NCBI GenBank assembly: GCA_051819665.1
Contig: JBNJDG010000003.1
Coordinates: 1 to 56,098, forward strand
Direction: 5' to 3'
Source: Nanobdellota archaeon
Lineage (GTDB): Archaea > Nanobdellota > Nanobdellia > Woesearchaeales > CAZZGN01
Length of the DNA stretch: 56,098 bases
Under the pieces are notes generated by a model that did no database searches, was not told the DNA's origin, and was given only the letters and a program-made list of their open reading frames with translations. Positions 16,555 through 24,136 of the stretch are shown piece after piece. How positions within the stretch are numbered: position 1 is the first letter of the stretch; each line of letters opens with the position of its first letter. Made by a program: the position numbers and the translations under genes.

Positions 16555-18276
16555 ATGGTCAATATAAAGATCAACGGAAGGGAAATCGAAGCCAGGGAAG
16601 AGGATACTGTCCTGGATGTAGCTTTCAGGGAAGGGATAGAGATACCGCACCTCTGTTATGAGGAGAAGGTCTCAAAACCGGCAGGATGCAGGATGTGCCT
16701 TGTGGAGATAGAAGGCGCAAGGAACCTCAAACCCGCCTGTGTGACCAAAGTCAGAGAAGGGATGGATATAAGGACCCATTCACAGAGAGTCCTCGATTCA
16801 AGGAAAACCACCCTAAAGCTTTTGATGGCGAATCATCCTTCATGCCTCAAATGCGAAAGGAATCTGGACTGCAAACTGCAGAAATATGCCAACGAGCTCC
16901 TCATAGACGAGAGCCCATACAAGGGGAACAGGGAAAAAGAGATTGATAAGGGACAGGTCCTGAGGAGGGACAATTCACTGTGCATATTATGCGGCCAGTG
17001 CGTGAGGTACTGCAGTGAGGTCCAGAGCGTCCACGCCATAGATTTTGTGGACAGAGGAGTCAATGCGAAAGTCGGATGTGCTAACGACATGCCCATCGAC
17101 GAGAGTGTCTGTGTCGGTTGCGGACAATGTGTACTCCACTGCCCTACCGGCGCACTTGAAGAGACTTACGAGATAGATGAAGTGAAAGACCTTCTCAATG
17201 AATCCATCAAAGGAGACACATATAAGCATGTGGTAGTGCAGGTAGCCCCTTCACTAAGAGTATCGATAGGAGAACTCTTCGGTTACGAACCAGGAGAGGT
17301 CCTCACAGGGAAACTTGTCACGGCATTAAGGAGACTTGGTTTTAATGCTGTATTCGATACAAATTTCGGTGCTGACCTGACTATCGTCGAGGAAGCGACA
17401 GAACTTGTTGAAAGACTGGAAGAAGGGAAAGAGCTGCCCATGTTCACATCGTGCTGCCCGGGTTGGGTTAAGTTCGCAGAAACATTCTATCCGGATCTTA
17501 CCGAGAACCTTTCCACATGCAAGAGCCCGCAGGAGATGCATGCATCCATAACGAAGACCTATTATGCGGAGAAGAAAGGCATAAAACCGGAGAATGTGAA
17601 AGTTGTTGCGGTTATGCCCTGTACAGCGAAGAAATTCGAGAAGACCAGGCACCCCAATAAGAAAGGGTTCTATGACGTGGATCATGTGCTTACCACGAGA
17701 GAATTCGGGAAGCTTTGCAGGTTGTTCAATATAGACCCTAAAGATCTGGAAGATTCAGACTTTGACCCCGCCCTCGGTGAAAGCACAGGAGCAGGAGCAT
17801 TGTTCGGGAGCACAGGCGGAGTGATGGAAGCAGCCCTGAGAACAGCTTATGAGAAAACCACAGGGAAGAGTCTCGAAAAGGTCGAGTTCGATCAGATAAG
17901 AGGATATAAGGGTATCAAGGAAGGCTCTATAATAATCAACGGCAAAGAGATCCGGTTTGCTGTGGCTCATAGCCTCAAGAACGCCAGGAAGCTCGCGGAC
18001 GAGGTTAAAGCAGGGAAATCGAAATATCACTTCATCGAGGTGATGGCATGCCCCGGCGGATGCATAGGAGGAGGAGGACAACCAAGACCCTCTTCTATAA
18101 AGGTTATCAATAAGAGGATAAAAGGAATACAGAACATAGACTCGATGAAGACAATAAGGAGGAGCCACGAGAATCCTTCTGTCAAGAAACTCTATGAAGA
18201 TTTCCTTAAAAAACCCGGCGGGAAAAAATCACATAAACTACTGCATACAGAATACGTGAAAAGAGGAAAATTCTAG
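16555..18276 (+). CDS. hydA: [FeFe]-hydrogenase catalytic subunit HydA (M3-type: 2Fe-2S + His-ligated 4Fe-4S + 2x4Fe-4S + H-cluster domain)
   Basis: All three H-cluster signatures are present: TSCCPGW (17446-17466), MPCTAKKFE (17614-17640), EVMACPGGCIGGGGQP (18037-18084). Accessory cluster motifs are HPSCLKCERNLDC, CILCGQCVRYC and CVGCGQCVLHC. Confidence 0.92.
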   Translation: MVNIKINGREIEAREEDTVLDVAFREGIEIPHLCYEEKVSKPAGCRMCLVEIEGARNLKPACVTKVREGMDIRTHSQRVLDSRKTTLKLLMANHPSCLKCERNLDCKLQKYANELLIDESPYKGNREKEIDKGQVLRRDNSLCILCGQCVRYCSEVQSVHAIDFVDRGVNAKVGCANDMPIDESVCVGCGQCVLHCPTGALEETYEIDEVKDLLNESIKGDTYKHVVVQVAPSLRVSIGELFGYEPGEVLTGKLVTALRRLGFNAVFDTNFGADLTIVEEATELVERLEEGKELPMFTSCCPGWVKFAETFYPDLTENLSTCKSPQEMHASITKTYYAEKKGIKPENVKVVAVMPCTAKKFEKTRHPNKKGFYDVDHVLTTREFGKLCRLFNIDPKDLEDSDFDPALGESTGAGALFGSTGGVMEAALRTAYEKTTGKSLEKVEFDQIRGYKGIKEGSIIINGKEIRFAVAHSLKNARKLADEVKAGKSKYHFIEVMACPGGCIGGGGQPRPSSIKVINKRIKGIQNIDSMKTIRRSHENPSVKKLYEDFLKKPGGKKSHKLLHTEYVKRGKF

Positions 18277-18467
18277 ACCAGGTTAAAACCGTATCTCAAC
18301 ACCAGATAGAAGAGGATAATAGCAACCAACAACATCAGGAAAGTGTTGATTATCCTGCTCCTGTCATCTCCCCCCATCATATCATTCCAGGCATCCCTTG
18401 ATTCCTTGAAGATGACTTCGTCCTTTGTCATCCTGGGATTGCCTCTGGACCTTCTTGAACGTGCCAT
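18273..18467 (-). CDS. Small (64 aa) basic protein with one C-terminal TM helix, hypothetical
   Basis: Internal Met of the 162-aa track ORF. The upstream part of that ORF is antisense to acpS and its promoter. A TTTAAATATT box lies about 30 nt upstream of 18467. Confidence 0.35.
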   Translation of the reverse strand: MARSRRSRGNPRMTKDEVIFKESRDAWNDMMGGDDRSRIINTFLMLLVAIILFYLVLRYGFNLV

Positions 18468-18543
18468 TAATTTTTCTAAAGTGAAAATAATATTTAAATG
18501 TATTGTCGAAAGCTTTTTATATCCTTCATAATGCTTTCTCAGG

Positions 18544-18852
18544 ATGGAAACAGGCATAGATCTTGTCAATGTTGACAGGATGAAGAGCATCATTGAAGAT
18601 GAAGAGAAGATGAATAAGATCTTCAACCCGTCCGAGATGAGCGATGATCCAGAGAGGCTTGCAGGTATATTCGCTGCTAAAGAGGCCTTCTTCAAGGCCA
18701 AAGGGATGGATGAGTGGCTAAAGGCGGAAGTGCTAAAGGATGAAGAAGGGAAACCTTCCATCAGATATGAAGGAAAAGACTATAAAGCGAGCATAAGCCA
18801 CGAGGACAAATATGCTATAGCCATGGTGGTTATTCTTGAATACAATAAATGA
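18544..18852 (+). CDS. acpS: Holo-[acyl-carrier-protein] synthase (AcpS-type 4'-phosphopantetheinyl transferase)
   Basis: GIDLVNVDRM start, AAKEAFFKA and ISHEDKYAIAMVVI motifs at 102 aa, typical AcpS length. Overlaps the next gene by 17 nt. Confidence 0.8.
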   Translation: METGIDLVNVDRMKSIIEDEEKMNKIFNPSEMSDDPERLAGIFAAKEAFFKAKGMDEWLKAEVLKDEEGKPSIRYEGKDYKASISHEDKYAIAMVVILEYNK

Positions 18853-21283
18853 TGTAATAAGATCATTCCGTAAGACAGAAAAAGAGGCATGTGTGTATAA
18901 GGACGGCTTCAGGGATTATAGATGGAGTTATAAAGAGTTATACGAAAGGATCCTCAAGACTATACATCTCCTGGATAAGAAAGGTGTGAGGAAAGGGGAC
19001 AAGGTCATGATATGGGCCCCAAACTCACCTGAATGGGTCATCTGTCATCTTGCCATAATCGGGAGAGGTGCAATCTCAGTTCCAGTAGATCTAATGTCCA
19101 ATAATATAGAGAGCCTTGCGGAACATTGCAAGCCCAAGCTCATAATTAAGACTATCTTCAAGAGGAAAGTCGAATACGATGCAGAGACCATCCTTATAGA
19201 GAAGATGGACAAGACCCTCGATAAGAAAGGAAGGATAAGAGAAGCCAGTGAAGAAGATCTAGTGAACATTGTATACACCTCCGGGACTACGGGTGATCCC
19301 AAAGGGGTGAAACTAACGCATAAGAACATCATGTCCAACATAACGAGCGTGACCACCCATATCCATTTCGGCAGGAAGGACAAATTCCTCTCTCTTCTTC
19401 CATTAAGCCATATGTTCGAACAGACCTGCGGTATGATGGGCCCTTTGTATGCCGGATCCTCCATTGTCTATCTCCATTCCCTCAAACCAAGTGCTATATT
19501 CAAGGGCCTTGAGGAAGAGGATATCACAATCATGCCCACGGTACCCAGGATACTACAGGCGCTGAGGAAAGGGATACTCACGAAAGTTAGGAGCACATGG
19601 CTCGGTTATGCTTATTCTCTTCTCTTCCGCGCGAACATACCCATGAAAAGATGGATACATGCAAGGATACACCACAAGATAGGGAATAAGTTCAGGTTCT
19701 TCGTCAGCGGAGGTTCTGCTCTTGATCCGCTTACAGAAAGGTTCTGGAACAATCTCGGTTTCAAAGTGATCCAGGGCTATGGACTTACGGAATGCTCACC
19801 CATCCTCACAGCGAACCTTGAGGAAGACTACAGGTTCCAGAGTGCAGGAAAGCCCATACCAGGCGTAAAGATGAAGACAGAGAACGGGGAAGTGATGGCC
19901 AAAGGAGAGAATATATTCCCCGGTTATTATAAGGACAAGAAACTCACGAACAGTTCATTCTCGAATGGATGGTACAGGACCGGAGATGTGGGGCATTTCA
20001 AAGACGGTTACCTCTATATAAAGAGCAGGAAAAAAGACGTAATCGTGACAAAAGCAGGTGTGAATGTCTACCCCGAGGATATAGAGCCGGTGATAAACTC
20101 TTACGAAGGCATAAAAGAGGCATCGATCATAGGCATGGGAGACAATACAGGGGAGAATGTCCATGCTGTCATAGTTCCTGAAGAGGGATACAATATAGAT
20201 GAGATAGTGGAAGAGGTGAATGAGGAGCTGAACCCGTCACAGAAGATCAGAGATTTTACCATCTGGCCCGAGGATGATCTGCCGAAGACATCCACACTCA
20301 AGGTGAAGAAAGGCCTGCTAAAAGAGAAGATCAAGAAGAAGGATGTCAGGAAAAGGAGAGGTGGGAAATTTTCTAAGATCGTGAAGATGCTGGCTGAGAT
20401 CTCTCCGCTCACCATAGAACAGATAAGACAGGATCATAAGATCTACTCTGACCTGAAGATCGATTCCATAGGAAGGGTAGAGCTTGTATCGAGGATCGAG
20501 AGAGAGTTTAATTTCGATTTCGAGGAAGAGATGATCACTGAGAAGACCACTGTAAATGACCTTGAAGAGATGGTAAAGGAGAAGAAGAAAGGTAAACAGA
20601 AAGTGAAGTATCCCAAATGGACAGAGAAAAGATGGGTCAGGAAACTCAGAAAATGTTTCCTAAAGCATGTGAACCTAAAACTACCACTTAAGTATATGGA
20701 CATCACCGTCAAAGGGAAAGATAACCTGAAGGGTGTCAGAGGGCCTGTGATATTCGTCTCGAACCATCAGAGTTTCTTCGATCATCCTGCTATACTTTCC
20801 TCCCTGCCTGAAAGGTTCAGGTACAACACAAGTGCACCGGCCAAGTGGGAAGTGTTCTTCGAAAGGCCTACGGGAATACTCAATAAGCTCAAGATGAGGT
20901 TCTGGTACATCTATGTGATATCCACAATGGGGCTTTACGTGATGCCCGAACACCACAGCTATAAGAAAAGCCTTGAGTATACAGGAAGGAGGATCAACCA
21001 GGGAGAGAACATACTCATCTTCCCGGAAGGCGCAAGGACCACCACCGATAAGCTCCTTCCTTTCAGGAAAGGTTCTTCTGTGATAATACAGAAACTGAAC
21101 ATCCCCGTAGTTCCGATTGGTATAGACGGACTCGTCGAGATCTTTCCCAGGACCGTAAAGAAACCTATAAAGAAAGGACCTGTGAAGGTGAACATAGGTA
21201 AACCGATAAGGTTCAGGGATGAAAGCCTCAACGAGATAATGAAGACGATAAGGAAAGAGATCGACAGGCTGAGGAAACAGTGA
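18836..21283 (+). CDS. Tri-domain fusion: AMP-dependent acyl ligase (acyl-ACP/CoA synthetase-like) + phosphopantetheine carrier domain + PlsC-type lysophospholipid/glycerol-3-phosphate acyltransferase
   Basis: Adenylation motifs YTSGTTGDPKGV, GYGLTE, YRTGD, KSRKKDVIV. Carrier motif DLKIDSIGRVEL (Ser544, codon 20465-20467). Acyltransferase motifs VSNHQSFFD (HX4D) and IFPEGARTT. Confidence 0.85.
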   Translation: MNTINDVIRSFRKTEKEACVYKDGFRDYRWSYKELYERILKTIHLLDKKGVRKGDKVMIWAPNSPEWVICHLAIIGRGAISVPVDLMSNNIESLAEHCKPKLIIKTIFKRKVEYDAETILIEKMDKTLDKKGRIREASEEDLVNIVYTSGTTGDPKGVKLTHKNIMSNITSVTTHIHFGRKDKFLSLLPLSHMFEQTCGMMGPLYAGSSIVYLHSLKPSAIFKGLEEEDITIMPTVPRILQALRKGILTKVRSTWLGYAYSLLFRANIPMKRWIHARIHHKIGNKFRFFVSGGSALDPLTERFWNNLGFKVIQGYGLTECSPILTANLEEDYRFQSAGKPIPGVKMKTENGEVMAKGENIFPGYYKDKKLTNSSFSNGWYRTGDVGHFKDGYLYIKSRKKDVIVTKAGVNVYPEDIEPVINSYEGIKEASIIGMGDNTGENVHAVIVPEEGYNIDEIVEEVNEELNPSQKIRDFTIWPEDDLPKTSTLKVKKGLLKEKIKKKDVRKRRGGKFSKIVKMLAEISPLTIEQIRQDHKIYSDLKIDSIGRVELVSRIEREFNFDFEEEMITEKTTVNDLEEMVKEKKKGKQKVKYPKWTEKRWVRKLRKCFLKHVNLKLPLKYMDITVKGKDNLKGVRGPVIFVSNHQSFFDHPAILSSLPERFRYNTSAPAKWEVFFERPTGILNKLKMRFWYIYVISTMGLYVMPEHHSYKKSLEYTGRRINQGENILIFPEGARTTTDKLLPFRKGSSVIIQKLNIPVVPIGIDGLVEIFPRTVKKPIKKGPVKVNIGKPIRFRDESLNEIMKTIRKEIDRLRKQ

Positions 21284-21343
21284 TCACTGGCCACTGGACA
21301 AAGGCACGCAGGATATTTAAACTCCAGAAAGAATTCTTATGAT

Positions 21344-22363
21344 ATGAACATCATGCAGAAAGCCAGGATCCTAGGAGAGGCAGGAAGATACGACAGCTGC
21401 GGACCAAAGGAATGCGAGGTGAAGGTCAAGAATTCTTTAGGCGGCCTCTACCATGCGGAATCGGAGAACCCCAACTGTATCATGCTCAAGACACTCATGA
21501 GCAATTCATGTGTACATGACTGCAGATATTGTGCGAATTCGGGATGCAGCCAGAGGAAAACATCCTATAAGCCTGAAGAGCTCGACAGGATATTCTATCA
21601 CCTGAAAAAGAAAAGAAAGGTTAACGGCCTCTTCTTAAGCTCGGGTGTAGGCAGTGATCCTGACAGGACAATGGAAGAGATGATCGATGCGGTCAGGAGG
21701 ATAAGGAGATGGTTCAAAGGTTACGTCCATCTCAAGGTATTGCCGGGCACAGACAGGGATCTCATAAAACGTGCATCAGCTCTTGCAGACAGGATGAGCA
21801 TCAATATAGAAGCTCCTGATAAACTGAAGATGCATGAGCTCTCTTCCACCAAGGATTTTAAGACAGACATCCTGAGGAGACAGTCATGGATAAAGAGAAC
21901 AGGGGTCTCGCAGACAAGCCAGATGATAATAAACAATGATTCTTCAGACAAGGACATCATGAAGATGGCCAGATGGCAGTACAATAAGATGAACCTGAGC
22001 AGATTATACTATTCTTCCTTCGTACCGGTGAAAGGGACACCCATGGAGAAAGAACGAGCAGTCAGCAGGACAAGACAGAACAGGCTATACAATATAGATT
22101 TCATGACGAGGAAATATGGTTATGATTTCAGGGAGTTCAACAGTATCATGGACAACGGCATGCTGCCGAGGGAAGACCCTAAGATGGCTCTTGCAAAAAA
22201 AAGGCCGAAAGCAAGCCTTGATTCAGGTTATGAAGAACTGTTGAGAGTTCCGGGGATAGGCCCGAAAACAGCTAAGAGGATAGTGGAGGAGAGGCCAGCA
22301 AGAATATACGGGAAAGCCTCTGCCTTCATCAGGGGACAGCAGAGTAACCTGAACGAATTCTGA
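21344..22363 (+). CDS. Radical SAM protein with a C-terminal helix-hairpin-helix (the 'putative DNA modification/repair radical SAM' family)
   Basis: N-terminal AGRYDSCGP, the CRYCANSGC region, and a C-terminal LLRVPGIGPKTAKRIV HhH. Confidence 0.65.
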   Translation: MNIMQKARILGEAGRYDSCGPKECEVKVKNSLGGLYHAESENPNCIMLKTLMSNSCVHDCRYCANSGCSQRKTSYKPEELDRIFYHLKKKRKVNGLFLSSGVGSDPDRTMEEMIDAVRRIRRWFKGYVHLKVLPGTDRDLIKRASALADRMSINIEAPDKLKMHELSSTKDFKTDILRRQSWIKRTGVSQTSQMIINNDSSDKDIMKMARWQYNKMNLSRLYYSSFVPVKGTPMEKERAVSRTRQNRLYNIDFMTRKYGYDFREFNSIMDNGMLPREDPKMALAKKRPKASLDSGYEELLRVPGIGPKTAKRIVEERPARIYGKASAFIRGQQSNLNEF

Positions 22364-22409
22364 GAGAGCCTTCACAAGAATTAAATACCCCTGATGATCC
22401 TAAGCTTTC

Positions 22410-23729
22410 ATGATAATACATATCTTCAGGAGAGACTTGAGGATTTACGATAACACAAGCCTCAGGAAAGCTCTGGAAAAGGATTCTGTTATCCCTTGTT
22501 TCATACTCGATCCGGGGCAGAGGGATCATGACTTCTTCTCTGATAATGCTTTCAGTTTCATGATCGACTCATTGGAAGGTCTTGACAACTCGCTTAAGAG
22601 AAAGAAGAGCAGGCTACATCTCTTCAGCGGCAGAGCCGATGAGGTGGTTGAAGATATAATTAAGAAGACAGGCGCAGAAGCTGTATATGTAAATAAGGAT
22701 TATACCCCCTTCTCCATAAAGAGAGACAAAGAGATAAAGGAAAAATGTAGGGAAGCAGGTGTTGAATTTAAAGTGCATGATGATTGCCTTCTCAATAAAC
22801 CGGAAGACACACTGAAGAAAGACGGTAGCCCTTATACCGTATTCACTCCATTCTACAAGAAAGCCAAGGATATCGAAGTAAGGGAGCCAGCAGATGTTAG
22901 AGGAAATCTGTCTTATATGAAAGGTCTTGGTAATTCTAAGTTCCCGAAGATAAAGAAGAACAAATTTTCTGCAGAAGGGGGGAGAGAAAAAGGCCTTGAG
23001 CTGCTTAAGAATATCGAAGGATACAAGAATTACCGTTACATCAGAGATATTCCTGCAAGGGATCATACCACAAGATTAGCACCCCATCTGAAATTCGGTA
23101 CTGTCTCAGCGAGGGAGGTCTATCATTTCCTCAGGGATAATCTTGATGAGGAAAGCCTGATAAGGCAGCTTTACTGGAGGGATTTCTATACACAGATCGC
23201 TTATTTCTTCCCACATGTATTCGGGGATCCTTTCAGGAAAAAATACAGGAACGTCAGATGGGATTATGACAAGAAAAAATTCAGGCAGTGGTGCGAAGGG
23301 AAGACAGGCTTCCCTATAGTTGATGCAGGGATGAGACAGCTTAACAGGACAGGTTATATGCATAACAGGGTGAGGATGATCGTCGCTTCTTTCCTCACTA
23401 AACATCTGCATATAGACTGGAGATGGGGCGAGAAGTATTTCGCGCAGAAACTCACAGATTATGACCCTGCTGTGAACAACGGGAGCTGGCAGTGGGCCGC
23501 ATCTACAGGATGTGACGCGCAGCCTTTCTTCAGAGTATTCAATCCATGGAGACAGCAGTTAAGGTTCGATAAGGATTGTGAGTACATTAAGAGATGGGTT
23601 CCCGAACTTTCTGATAAGAATAAGACTGAGATCAACAATCCGGAAAGTTCTTTCGATGATTATCCAAGACCTATAGTGGATCATAAGACCGAGAGGGAAG
23701 AGGCCATAGCAAGGTTTAAGGAGATCTAG
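22410..23729 (+). CDS. phr: Deoxyribodipyrimidine photolyase / cryptochrome family flavoprotein
   Basis: LYWRDFY, TGFPIVDAGMRQLNRTGYMHNRVRMIVASFL and NNGSWQWAASTG motifs. Confidence 0.9.
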   Translation: MIIHIFRRDLRIYDNTSLRKALEKDSVIPCFILDPGQRDHDFFSDNAFSFMIDSLEGLDNSLKRKKSRLHLFSGRADEVVEDIIKKTGAEAVYVNKDYTPFSIKRDKEIKEKCREAGVEFKVHDDCLLNKPEDTLKKDGSPYTVFTPFYKKAKDIEVREPADVRGNLSYMKGLGNSKFPKIKKNKFSAEGGREKGLELLKNIEGYKNYRYIRDIPARDHTTRLAPHLKFGTVSAREVYHFLRDNLDEESLIRQLYWRDFYTQIAYFFPHVFGDPFRKKYRNVRWDYDKKKFRQWCEGKTGFPIVDAGMRQLNRTGYMHNRVRMIVASFLTKHLHIDWRWGEKYFAQKLTDYDPAVNNGSWQWAASTGCDAQPFFRVFNPWRQQLRFDKDCEYIKRWVPELSDKNKTEINNPESSFDDYPRPIVDHKTEREEAIARFKEI

Positions 23730-23764
23730 AACAGATTCAATATCAAAAGGGCAACGGTTACAAA

Positions 23765-24003
23765 GAAAGTGGGGACACTGACACAAATTATTACGCAAAT
23801 TTGGAATGCAAGGTGGGTTTCCTTCACTTCGTTCAGTCAAGCCCACTCAAGACAAGTTGTGCTTTATGCACCACCAAAGTGTCAACTGATTTTCAGTTGC
23901 GCTGATTTGGAATGCGCTCCTGGGGAGTGCCCCATAGGGGCAAGGTGGGTTTCCTTCACTTCGTTCAGTCAAGCCCACAGTCATGAAGAAACTGGGGACA
24001 CTG
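23765..24003 (-). repeat. Non-coding module of about 225 bp immediately 3' of tRNA-Trp. It is bounded by direct copies of the tRNA 3' end (TGGGGACACTG at 23770-23780 and 23993-24003, plus strand) and contains two 39-bp repeats (23808-23846, 23940-23978) and two copies of ATTTGGAATGC.
   Basis: Exact repeats read directly from the sequence. The region holds only spurious repeat-derived ORFs. Confidence 0.85.
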
Positions 24004-24113
24004 GGATTCGAACCCAGATCCGCTGGTATCTCCAAGGCTAGATGTCATCGGCTTACGCCTCTTCGCTCCAATTACTGGAGCCAGCTATACTAGCCGGATT
24101 ATACTATGTCCCC
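23993..24113 (-). tRNA. tRNA-Trp (anticodon CCA), 121-nt gene with a 47-nt intron at the canonical 37/38 position (about 24028-24074)
   Basis: Acceptor GGGGACA/TGTCCCC, D stem GTAT/GTAT (wobble) with GG in the loop, anticodon stem GCTGG/CCAGC, loop CTCCAG^intron^A, T arm CTGGG-TTCGAAT-CCCAG. The exon CTCCA pairs with intron TGGAG, giving a bulge-helix-bulge geometry. Confidence 0.85.
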
Positions 24114-24136
24114 GGAACTCTAGGAAGGTTCGAGAA

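Noticed and set aside
14407-18276. The hydrogenase operon as a bacterial contaminant contig mis-binned as archaeal.
   Set aside because: It is physically continuous in this window with archaeal marker genes on both sides, and it has an archaeal-type TATA box at the expected spacing. Chimeric assembly cannot be excluded without reads, so that is listed as the refutation test rather than assumed.
18468-18761. The upstream two-thirds of ORF 18273..18761(-).
   Set aside because: It is antisense to acpS and its promoter and is Ser-rich low-complexity sequence. Only the C-terminal 64-aa part, with its own TATA box and a TM helix, is kept, at low confidence.
21344-22363. The radical SAM genes (21344..22363 and 48137..49126) as the missing HydE/HydG hydrogenase maturases.
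   Set aside because: The first has an N-terminal xYDSCG motif and a C-terminal HhH, typical of the DNA-repair-linked rSAM family. The second is a short PflA-like COG2108-type protein. Neither has the HydG C-terminal CX2CX22C domain or a HydE/BioB-like length and motif set, and no HydF GTPase is nearby.
23769-24041. ORFs 23769..24041(+), 23847..24035(-) and 23559..23846(-) spanning the tRNA-Trp gene and its downstream repeats. The repeated peptide is ARWVSFTSFSQAHS.
   Set aside because: The peptide repetition simply mirrors the 39-bp DNA repeat. The ORFs run through a tRNA gene and have no start context, so I treat the region as non-coding.
24028-24074. Box C/D sRNA encoded in the tRNA-Trp intron, as in haloarchaea.
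   Set aside because: Only a GAUGA fragment is present. There is no CUGA D or D' box, and at 47 nt the intron is too short for C-guide-D'-C'-guide-D. Only a possible K-turn-like hairpin is retained, reported as a low-interest finding.
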